Source of the DNA: Octopus bimaculoides
Lineage: Eukaryota
Length of the DNA: 56,083 nt
Direction of reading: 5' to 3'
Assembly: GCF_001194135.2 (NCBI RefSeq)
Contig: NC_068983.1
Location: 102,385,033-102,441,115, forward strand
Shown in pieces: positions 11,334 to 24,440 of the stretch (the first letter of the stretch is position 1; each line of letters begins with the position of its first letter). Both the position numbers and the translations under genes were made by a program. The notes beneath the pieces were generated by a model that saw only the letters and a program-made list of their open reading frames with translations, ran no database searches and was not told the origin of the DNA.

Positions 11334-11504
11334 ACAAAGCTATAAATACTAGCATATAAATATTGGGTTAAAGCTCTTTTGGATGGAAAAAGTTGAAGGC
11401 TACCCATGGGGCATACATATATATGTATGTGTGAATGTGTGTATTCATGTGTGCACACATGTATGCATATATGTATATCATTGTTATCATCATCATCATC
11501 ATCA

Positions 11505-11710
11505 TTGATCCCATGGAATACTATGTGTGGTGTATGGTTAACAAAGACACCAGCCTCTCTACCGGCAAACTCCAAGGCTGAACTGGTGACTAAAATCAAG
11601 GAAGTGTTTGAAGATTTTCTCAAGGACACAATGAGGAATGTATGTGCCAAGTTCCAGAGCCGTCTTGGGGCTGTGGAGGATGCTGAGGACAACTACTTTA
11701 ACCTGTTTAA
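11505..11710 (+). mobile_element. Tc1/mariner transposase C-terminal fragment
   Basis: Translates to ...NSKAELVTKIKEVFEDFLKDTMRNVCAKFQSRLGAVEDAEDNYF, similar to the Tc1-like C-terminus at 53672-54007. Confidence 0.7.
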
Positions 11711-12053
11711 TACCAACCTGCCTGAGGCCACCCTTGTTTTTATGAATAAGCTTCAAGCTTTAAAGTGACCTTTTCCATCAAAATTTCATGTTAATTTATG
11801 CTCCAAACATCAGCTTAATAATGATAATGTTATTTTGCTAAATTCTTTGTTATTTAAAAAAAATTAATTGAAGCAAAGGCAGTATTTTTCAACAGAAATA
11901 TAGTTAGAAAAGGATTAAGTAAACTGTTATCACCCAGCCAAAGTGTAGTTGATAGTTTTTGATTATTTTAAAGATACATTCATTTCTGAATGAGATATTG
12001 TGTTTCCTTTTCCTTTTATGAAAACTGTCAAAATAAGTCAAAATACCCTGTAT

Positions 12054-12102
<49 letters not shown>

Positions 12103-12395
12103 GTTACAGTCCACTTTTCTATGCTTGCATTGGATTAGATGTGACTCCTTGAGGCAAATTTTCTATTGTTGAATTCCCTTCTTGTTGCCAACACTCACCT
12201 TTACTTATTTCCAGGTAAGATAATATTTCCTCCTGGCTGGACATGTTTTCACAGAGAATTGGAAACAGAGAACATTGCTTATATGATAGTGATGCTCGTT
12301 TACAACAACCACACACACTGTCAAGACAAGGTGATACTAACACACACACACATTCAAGCACATACATACATATACATATATAAATTCACACACAT

Positions 12396-12438
<43 letters not shown>

Positions 12439-12548
12439 TTTGTTTGTGTGTGTGTATGTGTGTGTGTGTGTGTGTGTGCATGTATATCTAAGTTATTCAA
12501 GTCAGTAAAATTTACTATCATTGTATTTACAACAAACAATTCTATTTA

Positions 12549-13038
12549 CAGGAGTGGCTGTGTGGTAAGTAGCTTGTTTACTAACCACATGGTTCCGGGT
12601 TCAGTCCCACTGCGTGGCACCTTGGGCAAGTGTCTTCTACTATAGCCTCGGGCCGACCAAAGCNNNNNNNNNNGTCCCACTGCGTGGCACCTTGGGCAAG
12701 TGTCTTCTACTATAGCCTCGGGCCGACCAAAGCCTTGTGAGTGGATTTGGTAGACGGAAACTGAAAGAAGCCTTTCGTATATATGTATACATATATACAT
12801 ATATATATATGTATGTGTGTTTGTGTGTCTGTGTTTGTCCCCCCACCATCGCTTGACAGTCGATGGTGGTGTGTTTATGTCCCTGTAACTTAGCGGTTCG
12901 GCAAAAGAGACCGATAGCATAAGTACTAGGCTTCCAAAGAATAAGTCCTGGGGTCGACTTGCTCGATTAAAGGCGGTGCTCCAGCATGGCTGCTGTCAAA
13001 TGACTGAAACAAGTAAAAGAGTAAAAGAGTAAAAGAGT
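12549..13038 (+). mobile_element. SINE family A, full length (60-bp duplication across a 10-N gap)
   Basis: Complete head, internal (TA)/(TG) tract and gtaaaaga tail repeats. Confidence 0.9.
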
Positions 13039-13226
13039 ATACACACATATACACACACATACATTACATGCACACATACATACACACACACACTGACACA
13101 CACATAAATAGATTTTTCTCCACAACCACCACAAACTAACAGACCATCATCTTCATTATCATTTGTTATTTCTTTTTGTTTCCATTTTTGAACTAAAATT
13201 TCAGGTACTACTGTATCATTTCTTAC

Positions 13227-13386
13227 GTAGTTAACTGACGTTTTCCAAAACGGATATGACGCAGTAGAGTATCGAGGCTGTCATTGGCTGCGTAGAAATT
13301 TTGTGAGAATTTTTCACCAGTAGCTACTAGCTCATCACAATCCATACATTCGCCAGAACCCATTGTTGAAGCACTTGACGTTAAAA
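13227..13386 (-). CDS. Candidate internal coding exon of an RFamide-type neuropeptide precursor: LTSSASTMGSGECMDCDELVATGEKFSQNFYAANDSLDTLLRHIRFGKRQLT
   Basis: Acceptor ...cacttaaatcactcccag|TT and donor ACTAC|gtaaga bound a 160-nt open frame. CpG-rich non-repeat sequence. RF-G-KR amidation/cleavage motif. Family not identified. Confidence 0.5.
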
Positions 13387-14139
13387 CTGGGAGTGATTTA
13401 AGTGAGTGAATGAGTGAAATGCATGAGTGATTGATTAACAGATTGAGTGGGTGAGTGTACAATCGAGTGAGTGAGTGACTGGATTGACTGACTAGTTAGC
13501 AAATGTTTGGTATGGCTACTTGACCGGTTAATAGTAGAGCTTAATTTGTGTTAACCCCTCCCCCNNNNNNNNNNTATATTTCTGTTGCTGTCTGATGTGG
13601 TCTATCTATGCACAATATTTGTTTTTATACACATGCATGTATATTTTGCATACACTGCACATATATTTATAACCTCTGCTTTTAAAAATACTAAAATCAA
13701 ATATTTGCGAAAGGATTTTCTATTTGTAAACCAAATTGAATTGATTTTTATTTTTTATTCTGTCTTGTTTTATTCTCTTATACGTACTAAATGTACTAAA
13801 GTCTTGTTTGCTAGTAAAAAGCTTCTCTCTATATATATGTGTGTAGCATCAGTAACATTGTTATGTCTGTGTAGTGTGAATAATATTGGTGCGGGTATAT
13901 TATTAGTAGTATTGAAGTGAGTATATCATTAGTAACATTGGTGAGTGTGTGTGTATGTATATAATTAGTAGTTTGGTATGTGTAGTATTAGTTGTATAGG
14001 TTCATGTGTGCTATAAATAGTATTGGTGTATGTGTTATATTAGCAGTGTTGGGAGTGTGTGTGTGTGTATGTGTAGAGTAAGTGCTATCAGTGTATCATC
14101 ATCATCATCATTGCTGTCCTCCTCCTCCCCTCATCGTCA

Positions 14140-14560
14140 TCATCATCATCATTCAACATCCATCTTCCATGCTGTCATGGGTTGGACTGCTTGACAGGAT
14201 TCAATGAACTAGAAGTCTGTGTTAAGCTCTGATGTCTATTTTGGAATAATTTCTATAGCAGAATGCTCTTTCTAATGCCAACCCCATTTACAGAGTGTAC
14301 TGGGTGTTTTTTTTTCATCATAACTCAAGCACTAGTGAGATTACCAAGTAACTCACAGGACAAGACCCCCTCAATTGAGGTAGAGGTATAAAATTAAGGG
14401 ATGTAGACCTGTACCAGGTTTTGCAAGGCTGAAGTATGATGGATAGAGGGACAGGAACAGGTGTCTTGCTATAGAGCACCTGCATGGCTGCTCCAGTTAG
14501 CAAAGGTGAAAAGATGATTGTGGTGAAGCATCACAGTCTACCCTCAAAGCAGGGCCAGAT
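14140..14560 (+). mobile_element. Dispersed repeat family C ((ATC)n-terminated, ggatgcccttcctaatgccaac-type), diverged
   Basis: catcatcattcaacatccatcttccatgctgtcatgggttgg... shared with copies at 17.6, 18.7, 29.4, 32.2, 49.7 and 54.8 kb. Confidence 0.6.
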
Positions 14561-17500
14561 TAAGATCCATAGAAGTCCTAAACACTTACAACATTTTGGT
14601 ACTCCCATATATATATGTAATCCAAATTAAACACAATAATAAACCATAAAATAAATTTTTATTTTTAAAAACAAAACAAAACTAACAGTAAGACAGAAAA
14701 TAATGTTCCTTTTTTTGATACTTCCAACTTATTTATACTTGAAAAGTTTTCTCCTATCTTTTTAATTGCAGCATTTGTTCAGATCCTCAAAATTAATCTT
14801 ATGTAACACATCTGTTTCTATATTTTGTAGAGATAGGGCATCCCAAATATTTTAACAAGTTTAAATGATTTCTTTTGTGCAGTAAACCATCTGCCATTTC
14901 TGTAGTGCCTTCCTTTCTTTGATGCCCTAAGCACATGCTTATTTTCCTTAATGGCTAATCCAGCAAGATTTGAACTCAGAATGTAAAGAATCAAAACAAA
15001 TACCACTAGGCATTTTGATGTTCTAATGATTATTCCAAATATAATTGCTTCTTATAAGTACAAACCAACAATTTTGTGGGGAAGGGTTTAGTCAACTACA
15101 TTGATCCCAGCACTTGACTGGTATTTTATCTTATCAGTCTCAGAAGGATAAAAGGCAGAGTTGGACTCATTAGGACTTAAACGCAGAACATAATGAGCCA
15201 GAAGAAATACTGCAAAGCAAATTTTTTGTCTCTCTAATGGTTCCACCAATCCACCTGTAATCTTTTCTTTATTATAACCACAGAGGTGATAGATAAGGGT
15301 TCATTACAGAAACATGTTACAAAACAAGGGCCGTCATCAAAAGATAATTAAGAGAGCCCACAGATCCACGATTACTCTGACTATTGAGTGTATGTATATA
15401 TTCTTAGTTGTATTCCTTGGCCTACAAGCAGATGCTGGGAGTTGGTTCATTCAAGCTGTTCTTACCATTCTCATTTATCCATCAAAAAAAAAAAATTAAT
15501 AATATGACACATGGCATTGAAACATCTCTACTTATATATTCTAAGGAATGTATTTCCAAATATAAAATGCCAATTATTTCCTTGCAGTTAGGTATTCTTT
15601 GTAATCTATTGCCAAACATTTAACAATGATATTCTTGGAGACAGCATTATTAACAGTGTATTTAGAGAAATCACAAAATGCATTGAATTTTTATGCAATA
15701 CATTTGTTACATTATTATACATAATCAGCAGAGGCAGTATTAATATCAAAATGTAATATTTATCCCCACTTGTGAATGTTCTGTAAGAACAAACTATACT
15801 GTGATAGATACCATGAGAAAAACTCTCTTATTACATTATTGTTGTTTTCTAATGTCACTCTATGTAATTTGATAGTCATGACATCTTTGCTTTGACTGAG
15901 CTAATCTTCAAACTGAAACCACAGAATTGTAATCTGAAATTTATTTTTTTATTATTTAGGATATCCAGAAGATTTCAAAATTTAGTTTTTTAACATTAAA
16001 AATGTTTTTTAGCACAATAATAACTAATATTAGTAAGGGATTATCTGAGAATTTCAAAGATGAAATCCTAATGGACACAAATCGTTACACAAGGAAGAAT
16101 CTATTACTACTTAAGTTGGACAAAAGAAAGGATTAATTTCTTTGTAATTCTTAAAATGAATATTATAGAAAGTTGAATAGTTATTAATATATTCGCCATA
16201 GTTGGAATTATCTACTTTAAATGCAACTTTTTGTAAATCTTAATGTGTTGCTTGAGCTGCTCATTTGAATTTGTACATACACTTTTGAATAATAGGCCAT
16301 CTGTTTATAATCTGAGATAGAAGAAGCTGTTGAATCAATAAAGATTACATCAGCTCTGAAATAAGCTATAAGCTGCTTGATCAGTAACATAAAATGGTAA
16401 ACAGTTGAACTGACCAATGAGTGGGCAGATTTGCAGTAGAAAATGAAAGATGAATCAAGATTCTTTCAAACAGGTATTTTCTAAAATGTAATTATTTCTT
16501 TTCTAAAATGTAATTATTTTTACCAAAGACTAACTAATGACACAAATAGCCAAAGATTGAAAATAAATACTGCCAGGAATTACATACCATTTTCTTAATG
16601 GCATTGCTTTTAGTAATTCATGCAATACTGTAAAATGGTTCATAACATTGACTGTCAGGTAAAACTGCTAAGACTGCCATAATGAATGTATTTATGTGAA
16701 CTTTGTTAGCTTCCGCCACAAAATAATGGCATGTTATTTGAGACTATCTCTTTTACATGATGAATAAACCATTTTGCAGAGGCACCAATGTAAAATTACA
16801 CCATGGTTTTAGTGGAGAAAAAAAGAAGCATGCATTCACTAATATAATTATTATTTTAGTCTTTTTATCATGAAATATTTACTGGACTTTAAAGTAAACA
16901 AAAGCATCAAACAAACTTTTAAAAAAGATGTGAAAACAGTGTAAGGCATGTTATTTGTGGTTGTAAGTCATAAAGTACTGTGGAATCTAGAAGTTTTAGT
17001 TTGAATACCAATATAGATATATTGAAGATCAATAAAAAGATAACTACAAAGGATGCAGAGGAGATTGGGTAAGTAATTGTATTTAACATCACAAATTTCA
17101 AAGAGAGTAATGTATATCTTTGTAATTATTTTTCAGCTTTATGTTAAGTCTGACAGAACAGTTGTATTATCTAAGATATTTCCACTAGAATCATCCAATC
17201 ATTTTTTTCAGACAGTGGTATCTATGGTTACATTAGCTAATGCATCCTTCCCTTTGAAAGATGGTTAAGTGAAGCTTAACAGAGACTTAGCTGCTGTTTT
17301 TTTGTAAGTTACAAATGCAGTCTCCTTGTTAATTTTTGTTGATATGCATACTGAAAACCTAAAAAAAAATGTAGGTCAATGATATGATAATTTTTAAACT
17401 TAGCAAAGGATTTTTGATAATGCAAAAAAAAAATAAATAAATAAAAATTAAATAAAAATAAAATAAATGAATAAATACAAAAATGGGATGTTGAGAAAAA

Positions 17501-17574
17501 AATGGAGTTTAGTGTGGAGGATATATATACATGGGAGTTGTGGTGATTTACTGTACTTGAGAAGACACACCAAG

Positions 17575-17830
17575 CTAAGTAAAATTGCCGTCCTTTACTG
17601 GCACTGTTGCCACTAAAATGCACCAATGCCAGTGGCATGTTAAAAGCACCCAATACACTCAGTAAAGTGGTTGGCATTAGGAAGGGCATCCAGCTGTAGA
17701 AACCATGTCAAAACAGACAACTGGAGTCTGGATAGCTCCCCAGCTGGACAGCTCCATGTCAAACTGTCCAACCCATGCCAGCATGGAAAAACAAACGTGA
17801 AATGATGATGATTATGATAATGATGATGAT
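17575..17830 (-). mobile_element. Dispersed repeat family C
   Basis: gtggttggcattaggaagggcatccagctgtagaaaccatg...aacccatgccagcatggaaaa followed by (GAT)n. Confidence 0.65.
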
Positions 17831-18659
17831 GATATTGAATGTATGTATGTGTATACACACACACATATGTATATGGGTTTCATTGGACACCCTGTAGGAC
17901 AAGAAACAAAACATGTCAAATGATGGATGAACTCAGTTAAGTCAGAAGCCATCTTACTGCTGTGAGAGACCCTGCAAGTCTTTGTTTGGACATCTCTTTC
18001 TAGGATAGGGAAATTGTGAAATAACATCTACTTCATCATGAAGCTGGAGATTTTACTCTTGCATGTTTCTGGACAACTTGGCTTTTTTGGTGAGAGTCTT
18101 AGCAGTATTGTGCAAGAAAAGTTTGACTTTAAATTCCAACTCAGGTTTTGCTGACAGTCATTATCTTTAGCACTTAGAATAAACTGGTATTTCAGCAATG
18201 GCTGTACTTGTCTATGAGTGCAAATGTATATTTATTTCAGTATCACTGTGTTGCACATTAAACATAACCTGTTTCTATATAGTTATTTTGGCATTTGAGA
18301 CAATTTATTCAGATGTTTAAAATCTTCAATAGGTACTATCATCATTTTAAAGTGCAATTAGATAAAGAATTACACAACTCAGTGCTTCTAATAAATGGTT
18401 TTTATAAAATTGTCATTTATGAGAACCTTGGAAGTTTACAGACAGCTTCTGCATCTTTTATTCAATGAATAATCTATGATGGAATTTGGTCAATAAGTTT
18501 ATATAAGTGTATCTTGATACAGTTTATAATAATAGAAGACTAAGTTGTATATTGCATAGTACTTGTAAGATACAATTGCATGTGTGGTGATTATATATAG
18601 TCAGTCTCCCTTCTCAATTTTTGTTGATATGGAAGCTGGAAACATTATTTTTGTTGTTG

Positions 18660-19240
18660 TCATCATCATCGTCATTTAATATGTGTCTTCCATGCTGGTA
18701 TGGGTTGGGTGGTTCAACAAGACCTGAAAAAGCAGAGGGCTACATAAAACTCCAATATCAGCTTTGACAAGGCTTCTAAAATTGGATGCTCTTCTTAATG
18801 TCTCTCACTTTACAGAGTGTACAGAGTACCTTTTTTTTATGGCACCAACACTAGTGAGGTCACCAAGTAACTCACAAGACAAAACTTCTCAACTGAGTGG
18901 AGGTGTAATATTGAGGGCAACATCTTTGTGTTAAAGTATAATAAACAGATAGACAGAGGTATCTTGACATAGAGGAAGTACATAGATAACTCTACTGGAA
19001 AGAGAGAAAAAATTATGGAGATGAAATGTCAGAGCATACCCTCAAGGTACAAGAAAATGAATATAAGAGAGAATAGGGACAAAGGATTAAGAACATTGAG
19101 TGGGTAAGTACATGAGTGTGTGAAAGGAAAGTGACAGCTTGTAATAGATGGGGATAGAGGTGAGTGTGGTGAATGATGAACGGTGTGGGGAGGTGTAATC
19201 AATGGTGAATATCAGCTGTGCCAGAGTTGGTTGTTATAGT
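18660..19240 (+). mobile_element. Dispersed repeat family C, long diverged copy
   Basis: Colinear similarity to 14140-14560 and 32240-32720 (actagtgaggtcaccaagtaactcacaagac; gtcagagcataccctc). Confidence 0.55.
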
Positions 19241-19812
19241 GCCAAAAGATGTACACATTGATTTCATCAGTGTCAAGATACTGGACCATTTCTCAATAGT
19301 TTAAACAATATTGTTCAGTCTTGGTAAGTGTATAATTCAGAATGAATTTTCTGAATTTACACAGAATATTTGAATACCCAAATATATTAAGCTTGCTCTT
19401 GTACTGATTAAAATAAATGGAAGACTAATGATGTAGTCATTCTACTATATGCAGTCAAGCATGCAAGTGGTTTGTATAATTCAAAGAATTAGGGCCAAAA
19501 CATCATTAATGCAGAAGTTGTAATTTATTGCTCTCATCAGCAGAAAATTGTGTTTGTTACTATCTTTAAAGGGAGACAAGTATCTATTTACACAAATCAG
19601 AGAAGTTTCACATTAAATTAGTATTCACAATGACAATAAATTAATTACAATTACTTGACATTTCTTCTTTAAGTGGTCATAGCTAAAATACATATCATCA
19701 TGTCATGTCAGGAATTCTGTCCTCATTTGCTTTGGTAGGTCCTCAATTTCATCGTGTGTGTCTCTGCTAGTAACATTAATGTAACTGTGTGGTCTTTCTT
19801 CTCTTTTAGTGC

Positions 19813-20061
19813 ATGTGGAAGTTTTCAAAATACAACATTCGATATAGTTTGATTTTCAGCATGATAGCATTATATTTACTCAAGCCAGTATTCAGTCATG
19901 GTCAACAGGCTATATGTGATCTTCTTCAGAATGTCGAAAGCATGTTATGTTTGTGTATTTTCCTATCACAGACAAGCGAATTAAATATGTTGTGTACAAG
20001 GAAGTTTAGTTTACATACAAACCAACAAAACGAAACTAATGTCTTTAACATTTACTTATAG
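19813..20061 (+). CDS. Possible small secreted-peptide ORF (82 aa, signal-peptide-like N-terminus, 4 Cys)
   Basis: MWKFSKYNIRYSLIFSMIALYLLKPVFS-HG... starts 3 nt after a strong acceptor (ctttcttctcttttag, 19809). No homology recognised. Confidence 0.2.
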   Translation: MWKFSKYNIRYSLIFSMIALYLLKPVFSHGQQAICDLLQNVESMLCLCIFLSQTSELNMLCTRKFSLHTNQQNETNVFNIYL

Positions 20062-20790
20062 TAGTGTCATACACACTAAGTACTCACAAGATACAGAATA
20101 CAATGCCTCTACCAAATATACCAAATATATATGTGCCAAATATACGACTTTTAAGACAGTATGTTCACACCACTAAATATGTGTATTGTGTGTGTACGTG
20201 TGTATGTGTATGTGTGTATTTATGGTTGGAGTATTGGAGTGCATAGCTACATATATGAGGTGCTATCAAAAAGTTCCCAGACTAGTTCTGTAGGGCATCA
20301 ACAAATGACAGCACATGGTTGTGTGAGTAGTGAGAGTTAGCAGTAACCTTCGTGAGGCAGTGCTCAGAGTTGTAAAATCTGTGTTTTTGTGATCATGTAT
20401 ATGCTGTAGTCTGCGATTTTGTCATGGACAGGGCAATAGAACAAAGAGCCAATGTGAAATTTTGCGTTGAAGTTGGGAAGTCTGCTACAGAGATATTGAG
20501 CACACTTTGGCAAGCTTACAGCGACAAGGTGCAATGGGTCATTTGCAATGTTTTGAGTGGCATGGGCACTTCAAAAGCAGAAGAACATCCCTGGTAGACA
20601 ATGAGTGATCTAAAAGACCTGCCACAAGCATCATGCCCGAAAATGTGGTATCGTGCATTGAGAATTCATCTCCCAAAGCCAAAATGTCAATCAAGAGTTC
20701 TACTGCAATGTTTTGAAGCATTTGAAGGAGAACATTCAATGAAAGCAACAAGATCTGTTGAGTGTGAAGAATTGGATTCTTCACTGAGTT

Positions 20791-20880
20791 CTCCTCACTC
20801 ATGAGTTTCTCCTCACTCATGAGTTTCTCCTCACTCATGAGTTTCTCCTCACTCATGAGTTTCTCCTCACTCATGAGTTT
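20791..20880. repeat. Perfect 18-bp tandem repeat (ctcctcactcatgagttt) x5
   Basis: Five identical units counted directly. Confidence 0.95.
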
Positions 20881-20900
20881 CTCACCATAAACAACATCGT

Positions 20901-21282
20901 TGTTGGCACTCCGTCACTTACGACGACGAGGGTTCCAGTTGATCCGATCAACGGAACAGCTTGCTCGTGAAATTAACGTGCAAGTGACTGAGCACTCCTC
21001 AGACACGTGTACCCTTAACATAGTTTTCGGGGATATTCAGCGTGATACAGTGTGACAAGGCTGACCCTTTGAATTACAGGCACAACAAAAACAGGAAGTA
21101 AGAGTGAGAGAAAGTTGTGGTGAAAGAGTACAGCAGGGTTCGCCACCATCCCCTGCCGGAGCCACATGGAGCTTTAGGTGTTTTCAATCAATAAACACTC
21201 ATAACGCCCGGTCTGGGAATCGAAACCGCGATCCTATGATCGCGAGTCCGTTGCCCTAACCACTGGGTCATTGCGCCTCTAC
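20901..21282 (-). mobile_element. tRNA-derived SINE nested in mariner
   Basis: 13-bp TSD taaacaacatcgt at 20888-20900 and 21283-21295. Same family as 770-1158. Confidence 0.92.
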
Positions 21283-22493
21283 TAAACAACATCGTATCAC
21301 TTCTACATCTGCCTTATTCACCAGATTTAACACCTGCAAACTTCTTTCTATCTCTTCTACAAGATGAAAAAGCAGCTCAAAGGGTGCCATTTTAACACCA
21401 TTGTCAAGATCCTGAATGAATTGCAGAAGGTCCTCGACTCGCTTACGGAAAATGGCCTCCAGGCTGGATTCCAAAAGTGGCAGGAACTCTGGGACTGATG
21501 TATTGCTACTCAAGGCAACAATTTTAAAGGAGATAATGTTAAAACTTAGGTGAATAAATCATTTTTTTTATTAAACATGACTAATCTGGGAACCTTTTGA
21601 TACAAACTTGTACAGGCAAATATATCCGAAGCTCCATCTTATCAGCATGCATATTGATTCAAATTCATATGAACACTTGTGTATATGTATCTCTGTAACT
21701 AGATGAATGTATTTATATACATGTATGTGTGTATGTATGTGCATGAGTGTTCATATATGTTAGTGTATGTTTGCAAGTCTGTGTTTGCATTTGGTTGTGT
21801 TTGACTATATGCATGCATGTATAAGTGTATATGTAAATATATTAAAACAAGTGTAAATAATGTGTAAATACATTTATCTAGATATGTTTATATATGTGTG
21901 TGCTTTTCTACTTTTTCTTTTTGATATGTATATGTATATATGTATATGACTATGAATTTACACATCTGACTGAGTATGTATAAGTGTGTATGTGTGTATT
22001 TATGTGCATATCAGTGTTTATATTTAATTCATACATAAAGTTATATTGATATATTTGTACACACTATATATATTACTGTTGAATGTTTGTCTGCACTTAG
22101 TATATCATATTTTAAGTCAGATGATGCGTGTGAGTGCACAAGTGGAATGGTGGAGCTGATGGTGGTAGTGGCAGGGATGGTGGCCATTATGTCAGAGCGT
22201 TTGTAATAAATTTGCGTACGAAAAATGATTTTATTGCAAAATAAGTAGTTGTTGCTATAAGTATTATTGTTGTTGATGTTGGCATTTTTGTTATCGTCGT
22301 CGTCATCATCATCAATAACATCAACATTTAACGTCCGTTTTTATCCATACTGGCTTGGGTTGGGTAGCTTGACAGGAAATGACAAGTCCAGGGGCTGCAC
22401 CAGGTTCTATAGCCTATTTTGGCTTGTTTTCTATGACTGGGTGCTTTTTATGTGGAACCATCACCAGTGCTTTTTATGTGGAACTATTATCAT

Positions 22494-22524
<31 letters not shown>

Positions 22525-22692
22525 AGCATTATTATTAATATTATTATTTTATGCTCTGAGTTCAAATTCCACCAAGGTTGACTTTGCCTTTCAACCTTTT
22601 AGTGTTAATAAATTAAGTACCAATGAAACACTGGGATCAATTGACTAGTCCCTTCTTCCAAAATTTCAGGCCTTGTGCCTATAGTAGAAAGG

Positions 22693-22693
<1 letters not shown>

Positions 22694-22754
<61 letters not shown>

Positions 22755-22765
22755 CATTATTGTTA
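22694..22765. repeat. (ATT)n microsatellite
   Basis: Direct inspection. Confidence 0.95.
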
Positions 22766-22889
22766 TCATGCCTGATAAAATGTTCAGCTGTATTTCCTTC
22801 TGGTTCTTTATGTCCTGAGTTCAAATGTCACTAGAGTCAACTTTGTCTTTCATCTTTTGAGGGTCAATAAGGTAACACCCCTTATTTTT

Positions 22890-24000
22890 CAAGCACAATC
22901 TGGAATAAGTACAGTTTTGTCTATCAGGAGCTGATCCTTGGTATTTCTGCACTTACGCTTGCGACCCTTCTCCTCATGTGCAGGGCTCCATTTTTTTCCA
23001 GATGTTCGTACATTGACTCTGCAAGTATTCCAGTCAATAACTTCCACATAAATGGCAAATAGGATATTGGCCTGTAATTGTCTACCGTATTGCCTTTTAC
23101 AATGTTTTTCAAGCACAGCACTGTCCTACCCAATGTCAACCACTCTGATGTTACATGGTTGGCATTTAACAAGGTGTTGAGTTGTGCAGATATTCGTGCA
23201 TGACATTCACCAAATCTTTTGATCCAGTAGCCTTGAACCCCATCTAGTCCTGGGGCCTTCCAGTTGCTCATTTTTTTGCTGATTTCCTTCAGTTCCCTAA
23301 CTGAAATGACTAGTTCTGCCTGTCTTGGACAGACTACTGTTTGTTTCGGTTCTTGCAACCATTCAGCATCCTTCTTGTGCTCCTTGTCTTTGCTCCAGAT
23401 GTCACTCCAAAACCTTTGACTTTCATTATTATCTGGTATCAACTTTTCATTTGTACACTCTCCATTTATTTCTTTATAGAATCTCTTCTGATCTACTCTG
23501 AATAACCTATTCTGGTGGTAACCCTTCATTCTTTGGTCGTATCTTACTATCTTTGCTTTCTTTGCAACAAAGTTCTGTTTCAATTCCTCCATCACCAATG
23601 TCAAGCCCTTTCTTTCAATATTATACTTCCTTTTCAGCGCCCTGTATTTTTGCTCACTTTTAAGCTCCCCTTTCTTTTTTCGGTCTAACACAGATTTTCT
23701 TCGAGAGCAGATCTAATTCTTCTTTTCCACCATGGATCTTTGTTTTGTCACTCCCATTACATTACTTTTTCTTGACATCAGCACCCACGTTTTCTGCTAC
23801 AGCAATACTTGCTGTCTTGATCAAATTATTTGTTTCTGTGATGTTGTTTGTTCTGATGTATTTCAGAATTCCATTGACATTTTTTGTTTCTTGGTTTAAT
23901 TTTCACCAATCAAACCCTTTTAAGGTTGCAAATAATGTCACTATCGTTCTCTTGGGTAGCAGCTTGGTGAATAGATCATATTCTACAGGTCTATAAATAG
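22890..24000 (-). mobile_element. RLE-type LINE fragment (pre-RT region and RT N-terminus)
   Basis: ORF 22924-23691 contains FYKEIN..FWSDIW..NWKAPGLDGVQGYWIKRF..YRPISYLPFMWKLLTGILAE, typical of R4/Dong-like RT N-termini. Confidence 0.85.
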
Positions 24001-24440
24001 ATTTGGCAGATGGTGGGGAGGTCAGCCATAGAGACAAAAGAATCTTTGCTCCCTTTGGGTCAGCAGATGTCAAATGTGTTTACTACTACCAGTGACCACT
24101 GAGAGGGCTGCCTTGAAAAGAAGCAATTCAGCCTGTTTTATTTGTAATTACTGGTAGAAAAAACAATAACACACACACACATACACATACATGTATATAT
24201 GTACTGATATTCAAGTCCTTGAAATTTTGAATTTCTGAATTCAATTGTGTTGTTGCAATAAAAGGTGTGTTTACGTATTTGGGTAAGATATTAAAGTTTT
24301 AAATTTTCTTGAGATGCTCATTTGTTTGTCCAGTTGGAGAATGAAAATGATGCTTACATTTTCGAATACTCAGGGAGAGTCAAAAAGAAAATGAGTTGTA
24401 GATAGCAAAAGTTTTAAGATTTACTAAATATGGTCTTTTG

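Larger units (their letters stand above)
20256..21610 (+). mobile_element. Internally deleted mariner element with both TIRs, carrying a nested SINE and a tandem repeat
   Basis: TA-flanked imperfect TIRs tgaggtgctatcaaaaagttcccagactag / ctaatctgggaaccttttgatacaaacttg. HTH remnant EQRANVKFCVEVGKSATEIL. C-terminal remnant KMKKQLKG..FQKWQELWD. Confidence 0.85.

Noticed and set aside
12604-12733. Exact 60-bp direct duplication either side of a 10-N gap inside a SINE
   Set aside because: Typical unmerged contig overlap, not a biological repeat.
13205-13401. Plus-strand exon model over the same segment (tttcag acceptor, gtgagt donor)
   Set aside because: All three frames stop early from the 13204 acceptor and the donor lies in a GAGT-type simple repeat. 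A shorter 81-nt variant (13321-13401) cannot be excluded but has no supporting motif.
16072-16110. WW-domain-like string WTQIVTQGRIYYY
   Set aside because: Bounded by stops, lacks the second Trp/Pro, and has no matching splice sites.
20791-20880. CRISPR-like periodicity (also 46601-46692)
   Set aside because: Head-to-tail repeats without spacers in eukaryotic DNA; no cas genes.
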